Source of the DNA: Bacillota bacterium
GTDB lineage: Bacteria; Bacillota; Clostridia; Clostridiales; Caloramatoraceae
Assembly: GCA_023415335.1 (NCBI GenBank)
Contig: JAEZLD010000048.1
Location: 1 to 64,000 of the forward strand
Length of the DNA: 64,000 nucleotides
Direction of reading: 5' to 3'
Part shown: positions 20,891 to 30,800 of the stretch, one piece after another
Numbering within the stretch: position 1 is the first letter of the stretch
How the letters are laid out: every line of letters starts with the position of its first letter
Notes under the pieces: model-generated
The model's input: only the letters and a program-made list of their open reading frames with translations
What the model was told of the DNA's origin: nothing
Databases searched by the model: none
Position numbers and translations under genes: made by a program

Positions 20891-21625
20891 TCAAATAACC
20901 TCCTCAACTTCAATAAACACTACGCTAAGATCATCGTTTGAACCGTTTTTTAGGGCTTCTTCTATTATCTTATTGCACTTTTCTGTTGCTGCCATGTTTT
21001 GGATTAATGTGGCTTCCAGAAAATCAAGAGAAACATACTCATGAACACCATCTGAGGTGAGCAGATATTTTTTCCCTTTTGTAATAGATGAAACAGAGAT
21101 CTTTGCGGCGTAGTTTTCATTACCTCCACCTAAGCAACTAGTAATCTCATTCTTGTTACATAGTTCAGCTTCCTCATATCGTTGCATGCTACAAAGGTAG
21201 TTATAAACCGTATGATCCGATGTCAGCTGTTTTAAGTAATCGCCTTGCAACACATAAGCCCTGGTATTTCCCACATGAATAAGTTGATATTTCGTTTTGA
21301 AAAACAGGATCCCTGTTAGCGTCGTAGCCATATCCGAAAACTTGGGCTCCTGCTTTGCCTTTTCTAAAAGTGCAGTATTAATATCTAGGATCTCCGAACG
21401 AATATCAATACTCATGTCTATTGCAAGATCCCTTAAGGCATTTACAACAAAGTTTGATGCAACGGCACCACCGGCATTACCCCCAACACCGTCTGCAACA
21501 CAAACGATTCCACTTTGAACAGTGTCCAAAACCTGGCAACTATCCACAACAACATCTTTCCCAACAAGAACCGCGTCTTCGCTGGCTAATTTGTTTTTCC
21601 CAGCCTTTGTAACTACGCAGATCAT
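20891..21625 (-). CDS. PP2C-family Ser/Thr protein phosphatase
   Basis: It has the motifs 'VADGVGGNAGG', 'TSDGV' and 'NGSNDDLSVV'. Confidence 0.85.
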   Translation of the reverse strand: MICVVTKAGKNKLASEDAVLVGKDVVVDSCQVLDTVQSGIVCVADGVGGNAGGAVASNFVVNALRDLAIDMSIDIRSEILDINTALLEKAKQEPKFSDMATTLTGILFFKTKYQLIHVGNTRAYVLQGDYLKQLTSDHTVYNYLCSMQRYEEAELCNKNEITSCLGGGNENYAAKISVSSITKGKKYLLTSDGVHEYVSLDFLEATLIQNMAATEKCNKIIEEALKNGSNDDLSVVFIEVEEVI

Positions 21626-23517
21626 TAAATCGCCTCTTTAGTGCAGGTTAAAGCATACGGCATATTTTCAGCATCTATATCTTCAATCCTGATTCTGGCA
21701 TCGCCTTTCACGCCATGGTCAAACATATATCTTGCCAAAGGATTGATGAGTAAGCTTTCAACAAAGTTTCCGATTCCTCGACCACCGTTTGCAAGATTGC
21801 CCAACGCCTTTTCTTCCAAAATCTTCATAGCCTTTTCCGACAAAGTCAGCTCAATGTGTTTCTCTGTAACCAGGTTCCTAATAAGCTTATTAACCTGTGC
21901 CTCAAGGATAATCTTTGCTACAGGAGGACGAATGAAGTCAAAGACCACAATGTTTTCACCAATTCTATTCAGAATCTCAGGGCGTCCCAGCTCAAGTTTG
22001 AAATAATCCTCAATAGCCTGTCTTACGCGAGTTTGGACTTCTGAATATTCCATCTCCGCTGTAACATTGGGTTCTCTTACGCCAAGATTATTTCTTGTGT
22101 AAATTCCAAGGTTGCTAGTGAAGATTATGATACATTCAGAAAAATAAACCGTATTACCCTGGCCGTCCGTCATTCTACCATCTTCCAAGATTTGCAGGAA
22201 TTTATCGAAGATAGACGGATGTGCCTTCTCAATTTCATCAAACAGGAGGATAGAGAAAGGATTTTCCTTAACTGCGTTTGTTAGCTGGCCTCCTGCTTCA
22301 TATCCAACATATCCTGGAGGCGCTCCCAGCAATTTTTGGTCGCTGTGACTCTGGCTGTATTCACTCATATCAAATCGAATACAGCAGCTCTCGTCTCCAA
22401 ACAGTTTCTCGGCCAGCGTCTTTGCGGTTTCCGTTTTACCAGTACCAGTCGGTCCTGCAAAGAAAAGAATTCCCTTGGGCTTGGCGTGGGAAGAGCTCTG
22501 TAATCCAGCCATGCCGGTAACAGCTCGTTTTACAACATCCAGTGTTTTTATGATAGCAAAATCCTGACCTTTTACGCGCTTTTGGAAATCTGCGTGAGCT
22601 GTCTTTAATTCATTCTCATCAAGGGCATCCCAAGGATTCTCTTTAATTCCATAACGGTATAAATCAATTACCGATGCCATCTGTCTAATTCTGGTCTTTT
22701 CATTTTTACAAAGTCTTCTTAGCCCATTGATCTCAGTAAAGCTAAACCCTTCAGTAAGGCCTACAAATTTATCTTGAATCTTATCAAGTTCTTCCGGATG
22801 TTCTTGATAATAAGGAAAATCTTCATCATATACATCTGCAGCGAAAAAGCTCATGAAATTTTCTCCTTTAATGAGCCGTTCGCGTTCTTCTTTGGAAGGG
22901 GTTCCAAGGCTTATGGTCTTCACATTGGGATTATCCAAATAGAACCAAGCAGGAATATCGTTGACCTTATTAACGATCATTACAACAATATTTTTTAATG
23001 TCCCGTTTTCTGTACGGACATCCTTTCCTTCCATAGAAGATAGGATTAAGTTTGTGAAACTATCTACTTCAGATTGTTCTATTCCATCGGGAGTCGTAAT
23101 GTATCTTGAAGCAAGATTCATAACAATTGCAGTAGACTGTTTATTTTGATTTACAGCAGTTCTAATTATAGAAGTTGCTGAATTACTCTTTCCCTTAAAA
23201 TCACATCTTATGTATTTACCTTCAAGTTTTGCGTTTGCAATCTCAGCAAAAGACTCAACATGACCTTCCTCACAAGAATTATAAAATCCCTGCATGCTGT
23301 CAAAAAAGACAATCGATTGATATCCAAGGTCCTTAAAATAATAGTGCAGGTACTCAGGCAAGCGCAAAATGCTGCCTTTAGAAATGCTTCCCTCTGTAGG
23401 GTATTGATACACATCGAGAACATTGCCTTCGAGAATAATCAAGGGTTTGATTCTGCTAAAAATACCCAGTTCTCTGTGCCATTTTGGAATATATTCTTCC
23501 ATTTTCCTGCCTCCCAC
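21625..23517 (-). CDS. AAA+ ATPase with a ClpA/ClpB D2-like C-terminal module and a divergent ~330-aa N-terminal region
   Basis: It has Walker A 'GPTGTGKTETAKTLA', 'LLFDEIEKAH' and the sensor region 'IIIFTSNLG'. The N-terminal half is unrecognised. Confidence 0.8.
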   Translation of the reverse strand: MGGRKMEEYIPKWHRELGIFSRIKPLIILEGNVLDVYQYPTEGSISKGSILRLPEYLHYYFKDLGYQSIVFFDSMQGFYNSCEEGHVESFAEIANAKLEGKYIRCDFKGKSNSATSIIRTAVNQNKQSTAIVMNLASRYITTPDGIEQSEVDSFTNLILSSMEGKDVRTENGTLKNIVVMIVNKVNDIPAWFYLDNPNVKTISLGTPSKEERERLIKGENFMSFFAADVYDEDFPYYQEHPEELDKIQDKFVGLTEGFSFTEINGLRRLCKNEKTRIRQMASVIDLYRYGIKENPWDALDENELKTAHADFQKRVKGQDFAIIKTLDVVKRAVTGMAGLQSSSHAKPKGILFFAGPTGTGKTETAKTLAEKLFGDESCCIRFDMSEYSQSHSDQKLLGAPPGYVGYEAGGQLTNAVKENPFSILLFDEIEKAHPSIFDKFLQILEDGRMTDGQGNTVYFSECIIIFTSNLGIYTRNNLGVREPNVTAEMEYSEVQTRVRQAIEDYFKLELGRPEILNRIGENIVVFDFIRPPVAKIILEAQVNKLIRNLVTEKHIELTLSEKAMKILEEKALGNLANGGRGIGNFVESLLINPLARYMFDHGVKGDARIRIEDIDAENMPYALTCTKEAI

Positions 23518-23593
23518 TCTTTGTTCTACACGCTATTGATTACTGTTGATTTTTTCTTGAAATATAGTATAACCTTAATCTGGGCAATTCATT

Positions 23594-24175
23594 TTACCCA
23601 CGATATGGGGTAAAGCCTGGCTTATGTATCCCCACAGAAACAATACCGTCTGTCGTCGTAAAATTTTGAATTCTGTTCCCATTTTCCCGTAAATACCAAT
23701 CATACAATCCGCGGTATTTCTCTTTTAAGATGTGAATCCTTTGATTGGTAGATCCACGCAAAACCAGACCAGCATTCTTTTCTTCAATATATGGTCCATC
23801 AACAAGAACTGCAATATAAGGCAGAATATCATTTGCTAGTGAGTTTGTTGCTGTGAATTCCTCGCGGGTATATCCAGTATAGACTAAAATGTCCTCAGAA
23901 ATATCATGAAGTTTCTTTAATAAATCAAGCAATTCTGATGCTTGATCCAGTGGTTCACCGCCAGAAATAGTAAATCCATCAATTGTATGGTCTGTAGCGA
24001 GTCTCTTAATCAGTTCTAAAAGCCTATCAACTGATATCTCATATTCTTCTTTCTGATTCCACAACTCCGGATTACTACAACCTTTGCAGGCGCGTTTACA
24101 ACCACAGAGCCATATACCAACTCTATTACCAGGACCCAAAACTTTTACGGGATACAATATTCTTGCTACATTCAT
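23594..24175 (-). CDS. Anaerobic ribonucleotide reductase-activating protein (NrdG)-like radical-SAM activase, orphan
   Basis: The match to NrdG runs along its whole length: 'KVLGPGNRVGIWLCGCKRACKGCSNPELW' (CxxxCxxC), 'ISGGEPL', 'VYTGYT', 'VLVDGPYIEEKNAGLVLRGSTNQRI'. No glycyl-radical enzyme is nearby. Confidence 0.85.
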   Translation of the reverse strand: MNVARILYPVKVLGPGNRVGIWLCGCKRACKGCSNPELWNQKEEYEISVDRLLELIKRLATDHTIDGFTISGGEPLDQASELLDLLKKLHDISEDILVYTGYTREEFTATNSLANDILPYIAVLVDGPYIEEKNAGLVLRGSTNQRIHILKEKYRGLYDWYLRENGNRIQNFTTTDGIVSVGIHKPGFTPYRG

Positions 24176-24783
24176 CTGTCCACCTTGAAAGTCAAATAAG
24201 CAGCAAGTTCTTGTCTCTCGCCATTAATCACTTTGCCACCAAGGCCAATCTCATCGCCTTCTTGCAATGCGGTCGGTACATCATTGTCAATGGGCTTATC
24301 GTTTACAAATGTTCTGTTTGTGGCACTCAGGTTTTCAATAAAAACCTTTCCAGCAACTATCGTCAATTTTGCGTGCTGACGACTAACATATGAACGCTGT
24401 TTCAAATAGTCCTTCAATTCGGCTTCCCGGCCTATAATCACAACTGGCGTATCAAAAGATTGAGAAAAATCACCACTAATTGAATCTAAAGAATATGAAA
24501 ACTTCTTCTCTTCATGTTTCGTAGGCCGAATATCTGAAATATCCTCTCCACATGTTTTACATTTTCGAGCTTGTGGAGGATTAATCGCACCACATTCACA
24601 AACTCTCGCCAAAGTTCCTTGCGATGCTGGTGGTTCTGTGGGAAGTTCCTTTTGAGCCTCTTCAAGAGCAGCATCCACAATACGAACTCCTGTTAGATCA
24701 CATTCACACTTTCGACACTCTAGCAAAACAGGCAGGTTGTTCTCACCACAGGAAGGGCAAACTTTATATTTCTCCAAAGCCAT
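24172..24783 (-). CDS. Double zinc-ribbon + FHA domain protein
   Basis: It has CPSCG...CRKCEC and CECG...CKTC ribbons. The C-terminal FHA region shows 'VIIGREAE...SRQHAKLTIVAGKVFIENLSATNRTFVND'. Confidence 0.8.
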   Translation of the reverse strand: MALEKYKVCPSCGENNLPVLLECRKCECDLTGVRIVDAALEEAQKELPTEPPASQGTLARVCECGAINPPQARKCKTCGEDISDIRPTKHEEKKFSYSLDSISGDFSQSFDTPVVIIGREAELKDYLKQRSYVSRQHAKLTIVAGKVFIENLSATNRTFVNDKPIDNDVPTALQEGDEIGLGGKVINGERQELAAYLTFKVDR

Positions 24784-26150
24784 TACTCATTCTCCCTTCG
24801 CATTGTTTTTGTGGCAGAACGCTTTTTCCTTCTTCTCGTTGCCATTTCAGTAATTTGTTTACTACTGTGAATTTGATAATCGTTTACATTAATGATTGCT
24901 GCATATTCTGCAGCAGGAGGCGACATTTCAATACGCGTTCCCACAATGACGCCCTTTTCCTTTAGTCTTCTTTCAATCTCTGCAAACTCACCGCAAAAGG
25001 TTTCCATATCTTCCGTTAATTCTCCCACCTCTTCTTCATTGGGGAGCCGGTCTTCATGAGCTATGCCACCAAGTTCCATTGCTATTTGACCATCCGAAGA
25101 AAAGGTGACATTGACGGCAGTACCTTCATCAAAAGAATACAATTCATTTCTAAATTTCTTTCCGCTTTTCTTCTTTACTTCGCGGGAACCCAACAGTTCA
25201 TATCCCATTTCGGAAAGAACCTCTTCCACACAATCACTGATATATTCCTGTTCGCGCTGTTTGACCGCTAACAACTCTATCCTTTCAACTTCTTTTTCTA
25301 TTGTTTCAATCTCTGCAGATCTAAACAAATCAACATTGGACTGGACTCCGGTCAATTGACAAAGCACCTCATATCTATCAAGGAGATCTTTACGCAACTT
25401 TTCTTCTTCTTTTTTCTGCTCCTTGATAAGAGAACTTTTCGCTTCGAGAGCTCTAATAGTTAAACTAGAGAAGGTATGTAGATAATCTATGGACACAATA
25501 CGCCCAAGCGAATTCATTGCCTCCCCAATCTCTTCTTTCAAAGAATTAGGACATTCTTTATCAAGAAACATTGCCTTCAACTTTGCTTCCAGCTCAGTTC
25601 GCTCCGTCTCCAAAGCATCCACTTCAACTGGAGCGCTGAAGTCCAAATAAACATATGCTGCAAGGTCCTCCGCTATACTATCTTGTGCCGTATTTTCAAG
25701 TTTTTCCACAACAACAGTAGCTTGCTGGATTGGTTTCTCTATCTCTTTTTGTAGAGCTTCAACATTCTGCTTAATCTTCCTGATCGCAGCAAGCTGTTGT
25801 TTTTTCTCAGCAAGAGCTTCCTCGCTAATTTGATATTTTTCACTCAAATGAGGTCGATGAGATTGAAGATCCATAAGCAATTCGGTTGACTCCTTCTCTA
25901 TGACACCCAGCATTTCTTGCAAGGACGCCACACAGTTACCATCAACCTCACAGCGCTCATTCAAAAGTTTTAGCCGTGTGAGCAACTCCTCGATAGTTCC
26001 TCTACATCCTAATATGTATGAAACACCTAACTCAATTTGATTAGCACACGATATGCTTTGCTGTTCACAGCGCATTTGTCCGTTGACATTAGCCCGTGCC
26101 CAGCCAGATAATTCATAAACAGATATTTTAGGACCACTCATCCAAATCAC
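24783..26150 (-). CDS. Coiled-coil protein of unknown function
   Basis: It has long heptad-rich E/K/L segments and is translationally coupled on both sides. Confidence 0.55.
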   Translation of the reverse strand: MIWMSGPKISVYELSGWARANVNGQMRCEQQSISCANQIELGVSYILGCRGTIEELLTRLKLLNERCEVDGNCVASLQEMLGVIEKESTELLMDLQSHRPHLSEKYQISEEALAEKKQQLAAIRKIKQNVEALQKEIEKPIQQATVVVEKLENTAQDSIAEDLAAYVYLDFSAPVEVDALETERTELEAKLKAMFLDKECPNSLKEEIGEAMNSLGRIVSIDYLHTFSSLTIRALEAKSSLIKEQKKEEEKLRKDLLDRYEVLCQLTGVQSNVDLFRSAEIETIEKEVERIELLAVKQREQEYISDCVEEVLSEMGYELLGSREVKKKSGKKFRNELYSFDEGTAVNVTFSSDGQIAMELGGIAHEDRLPNEEEVGELTEDMETFCGEFAEIERRLKEKGVIVGTRIEMSPPAAEYAAIINVNDYQIHSSKQITEMATRRRKKRSATKTMRRENE

Positions 26151-26160
26151 CTCAACTCAA

Positions 26161-27852
26161 CTATTCATTCATCAACATTCGCCACTTATCAATTTCTTTC
26201 TTCTTGCCAATCGCAATTAGCCATGTCTCAAGCTGCACATCTAAATTGCCATCATAATCAACAAGTCTATGACATAAGGTCTCAAATTTATCGAAAGACA
26301 AATCCAAACACTCTCTCATGTATCCTGCCAGTTCGCCAACTGTACGGAACTGCTGGTTATCCAGCAGCAATAATTTTTGTCCTGACAAGGTATATGCCAT
26401 ATAATAATAGGTGCGAAGCAAATCCGAATGTTTGCCTTTCTCTAATACATAAGAATCTTCAATGGCTGCCGTAGCCTTTTTAAGAGCTTCATTCTTTGGA
26501 GACACCTGCATTACATACTGAGTTAAAAGTTTTTCATTCAAAACGCTTTCATAATACTTGTACTGAGATTTATCGTGTTTCCAAAGCTTTTCGAGAACAT
26601 CTCGGCCAAATGCGGGAAGACTTTCATACACTTCACCCTTCCAATAGAAGCCCTTCAATTTCGGGTTCAAGCGATACAGCAGTTTCCAAAAAATAATATC
26701 ATCTTTTCCATTAGAGCGGCTGGCTTCCTCTTCAGCTTCCATGCATTTTTTCGCTGCCTCTTGATCAAAAACTCGAAAATGTGCTGATAAAAGGCCTCGG
26801 AAAAGATGTTTCTTTCCTTCGTTCCAGTTCTTTGCCAGAGACGCAGCAAGCCCTTCTATGCTGGTTATTTCTTCGTTTAGGAAATGGTAAATAGGCATAT
26901 TTCCTTTGCCTACATTTCCAATTCCTTCACCAGGGATGATAAGGCTTTCACCGTTGATCCACTTTACAACCTCTTCGTATGTCCAGCGGCGATTTGGATT
27001 GTTTTTGTTTTTGCGATAACTGATATCATAATATGTCAATGCAGAAATAAAATCTTGCAAAAGCACGGGCATGCTTTCCGGAAACGGTATTCTTTGAACG
27101 GATACATATTGTTCAATCTCTTCCGGTTGCATATTTGCATATGGAGTATATCCACAAAAAAGCTCAAACAGCGTTATGCCAAAAGAGTAATAGTCAGATC
27201 CCTCATAAAAAATATTCTTAAAAGTCTCTGGTGCTGAATACTCAGGTGTCATGCCTGTTTTCGTCACAAGAAGAGTATGTTTATCATCAACAGCGGAACT
27301 GATTCCAAAATCGATAATGGACACAGTTTTACCATCATCATTTAACATAATATTAGATGGTTTAAGATCTTTGTGAATAATTCCTGCCTGATGGATCGCA
27401 TGTAGCCCCTCATTAATGTTGGGAATAATACTTTCAACCAATTCCTCATAGTTAAATGTTTTTCCTTGCAAACTTCCATTTTTGTAGTAAGGAATAATTT
27501 CTACAGGAAAACCATTATGTTTTGCTGTTTCATGAAGCTTTGCAACATAAGGTGAATTGATGCTCAGTAACGCCTTAATCACATCTTCCTTGATTGCGAA
27601 TTTCCTCTTGTAAATCTTCGCAATATACTTTTTCCCATCATTCGAGCAAATATACAAATCAGCTTCTCCAGAGGCAACCTCCAATCGTTCTTCAATTGTA
27701 TACTTGTCGCAAATTATTGTTCCGCGATCAATCAAATCCTCTTGTCTACTGATAGAGTCGATTTGATTGCCATACTGCTGGACGAGCTCTGAATTAATCG
27801 CAGTCGGTGCTGATTCTATGATATTAGGATTAATTACTGTACGATTATCCAC
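26161..27852 (-). CDS. Hanks-type Ser/Thr protein kinase with a ~270-aa C-terminal domain of unknown function
   Basis: It has 'YIAKIYK' (beta3 Lys), 'HKDLKPSNIML', 'DFGIS' and 'TPEYSAPE'. Confidence 0.85.
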   Translation of the reverse strand: MDNRTVINPNIIESAPTAINSELVQQYGNQIDSISRQEDLIDRGTIICDKYTIEERLEVASGEADLYICSNDGKKYIAKIYKRKFAIKEDVIKALLSINSPYVAKLHETAKHNGFPVEIIPYYKNGSLQGKTFNYEELVESIIPNINEGLHAIHQAGIIHKDLKPSNIMLNDDGKTVSIIDFGISSAVDDKHTLLVTKTGMTPEYSAPETFKNIFYEGSDYYSFGITLFELFCGYTPYANMQPEEIEQYVSVQRIPFPESMPVLLQDFISALTYYDISYRKNKNNPNRRWTYEEVVKWINGESLIIPGEGIGNVGKGNMPIYHFLNEEITSIEGLAASLAKNWNEGKKHLFRGLLSAHFRVFDQEAAKKCMEAEEEASRSNGKDDIIFWKLLYRLNPKLKGFYWKGEVYESLPAFGRDVLEKLWKHDKSQYKYYESVLNEKLLTQYVMQVSPKNEALKKATAAIEDSYVLEKGKHSDLLRTYYYMAYTLSGQKLLLLDNQQFRTVGELAGYMRECLDLSFDKFETLCHRLVDYDGNLDVQLETWLIAIGKKKEIDKWRMLMNE

Positions 27853-27854
27853 CT

Positions 27855-30800
27855 TTAAACACCTCCAACCACAGTAACCTTATCGTCGATTACATTAATT
27901 TTCTCATTTGCAATCAGTTTTTCAAGAGCTCTTGCCATTGCTACATTGATTTTCTCACCGCGTCTTGAATATCCAATTGCCCTTGTTGTTTCTTCAATGA
28001 GTGCTTTTGTGCTAAGTCCAAATGTGTTAGAAGCAACAGCTATCATAGCAAGCCCCAATTCATCTGTAGAAATAAGGTTAATCGCTCTTTGATTGTATCC
28101 ATCCTCAGGAATACGCACTTTGAGATTATCAAAACCTTTAAGGGTGACAAAATCATCTTTAATCTCCAGCCGTTGTCTGCCCGCTGTGGTATTCATTGCC
28201 ATATCAACCATGCGACGCACCAGACTCGTTACCTTTTGATTACCAAAAGCACCCGCCATTCTCTGGTACAACAAATCCTTATGTATCGGCTGCTCAATAC
28301 CGACAATATAAACTATCCTTGTTAATACTTCGGTCATATTGTCGTATGTGTTTGGCATTGGTGCATCCCACCAATTGGCCTCCACATAGCGTTCAAATCC
28401 ATACGGATTATCCTCGTCGCAATTAATGCCACCACGGTTTTGTGTACCTTTATAAGATTCCTCCGTAACTTCTTCAACCATACTAGACAAATCTTCTTGC
28501 AATAATTTCTTCTGCTCAGGTTCTTCAATTTTAACAGCAGTATGTTCGGATGCATCCTGTATAAACGAGAGGAGTTTAGCTCCTTCCACCTCGGGATTAA
28601 TATACCACTCTGCAGACCATACTCTGTACATATTCCAACCCATGGAATTCAGCACAGATCTTCTCAGATGATCTCTATCTCGTGCTGTATGAGCAGAAAC
28701 ATAAGAGTAACCATCACACTCAATACCTGCAATATATTTGTCTTCATCGTTACGATCCACAACGGCAATATCAATACGATAACCAGAACAACCAACATAC
28801 TTTTTGATAGTATATCCATTCTTTTCTACAAATTCCCCAACCATATCGACAAAGCGATCCTGCCCTTGTACATTTCTAGACGAGGCTAACGCAACTGCGC
28901 CATTCATAGCAAACTCAATGTACGAGCGTAACATTCTGATGCCTTCTGATTCTGTTCTGGAAAGATCAATATCGGAAGGAAGAATAGAACTAATAAGCTT
29001 TATGTTTCGCTTTGCTCTAGTAATCGCAACATTTAGTCTTCGCTCACCGCCTTGGTGTCCAAGAGGGCCAAATCGCATGTGCATCGGGCGCCCAGATTCC
29101 TTTTGATCCTTTGTTTGCGCATAACAAATACTAAAGAAAATCGTGTCGCGTTCATCGCCCTGAACATTTTCCAGATTCTTTACAAAGAACTCTTCTTCAT
29201 TACCTTCCTTGAAGAAGAATTCATATTCCGGATTTTGCTCTCTAAACCGCTGCACTTCCAAAGAAATCTGTTGCTGTTGCTTTTCGCTGAAGGCAATGAT
29301 TCCCAGGGATCTGTCCGGATGCTTATCAATATGCTTCTTGATTAATTCAACACACCGCTTAGCCTCTGCAACATTACAGTTTCTACCGCCGCCTTCATAA
29401 TATCCATCTTCAACATATTCGAACTCAACACCACAATCCTCTTCGTGTTCCACGCTACTTGGGAAAGTGACCAATTCATTCTTGTATATCTCTTGATTAG
29501 AAAAGGCAATGAGATGCTCGTGCTTGCTTCTATAATGCCAAAGCAATGTACGATTTGGCAGCACACTTGCGGTTTCTTCCAGAATAGAATCGTAAACAAT
29601 ATCTTCGTATTCATCATCAGAATCAAAAGCGTCGGAATCATTGCTTGTACTCGTAGCAAAGAAATTTGTAGGAGGCAACTGTTTTGTATCACCAGCAATG
29701 ATAACCTGCTTTCCTCTGAAAATAGCACCAATTGCATCTTGTGGGAATATCTGTGAAGCCTCATCAAAAATAACCATATCAAATTGGTAGGAGTCTGCTT
29801 CAAGGAAATAAGCCACAGACAAAGGGGACATCATCAAACATGGTTTTAATGTCAGCAACAAATTGGGAATTGATCTAAAGAGCATTCTCAAAGGCATAAT
29901 GCGACGCTTTTTTCCCATTTCTCTTTGAAGCACCTGCAACTCATCTTTTGCTGTTGTGACTCTGTTGGTATCAGGAAATCTGCTAATTATTTTCTCGCGG
30001 ATTCTCATCTGTGCAACAGATAGCTGCTTAGTATCCAATTCCACAAAGCGTTCCAGCTTCGCCTCTTGAGTTCTTCTACGGAAACTTTGGACAGCCGGAG
30101 ATTTATCCATTGCCATAGTAATCCAGAGTTTATAAAACTGTTTTTCAAAACAAGCCTTAATTTCACTTGCCGGAACTACACCTTCGGAAATCAAATCAAC
30201 ATATTTCTTTAGTCCTGCATTAACACACTCAGCAGTTGTTTCTCGATAATCAATCCACTGGTCCAAAGAATTGACATTGCTTCGGCAAGCAGAAACTTTC
30301 TCATTGATTCTTGCAATTTCACTTTGTTGCAAGGAAGCTCCATATTCAAACAACGAAGCAAAGTAGCTAATAGGCTCTTCTACTGGAGCAAGAAGAAGTC
30401 TTATATCTGTAGTTGCAGCTTCCAGATTGTTTCTTTCCGCTTCACTATTACAGTATGTACGGATAAATCCGGGCGCAGCAATGCTGAAGCTGTTGTTTTC
30501 AAACAAAGAATTCACAGCTTCAATATCATCAATTAGTTCTGCCCACTTAGTGTCAATTCCAGCATAGCGCTCTCCAAACAAAAACACTAAGCTGTCTTCA
30601 TTTTGTGCCAGTGACAGTCTATAGTTTCTTGCACTATTAGCCGTATTAATGTTTTCAACAAGCTCTGCCATTGCATCTTCGCAGGTGGCAAATCTCCGTA
30701 TATATTCAACGGAAGAATTCAGTCCATTAGTATGCTTGCTCAAGAACAGAATCCTCTGTAGTATTTCGTCATTCGTAGTTGCAAAAACAGGATCCTTAAA

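Noticed and set aside
19829-27852. Type VI secretion locus, because FHA + Ser/Thr kinase + PP2C + ClpV-like ATPase recall PpkA/PppA/Fha/ClpV
   Set aside because: No TssB/C sheath, Hcp, VgrG, baseplate or membrane-complex genes are present in the operon, and the AAA+ protein lacks a ClpV D1/N-domain. The resemblance is limited to the regulatory module.
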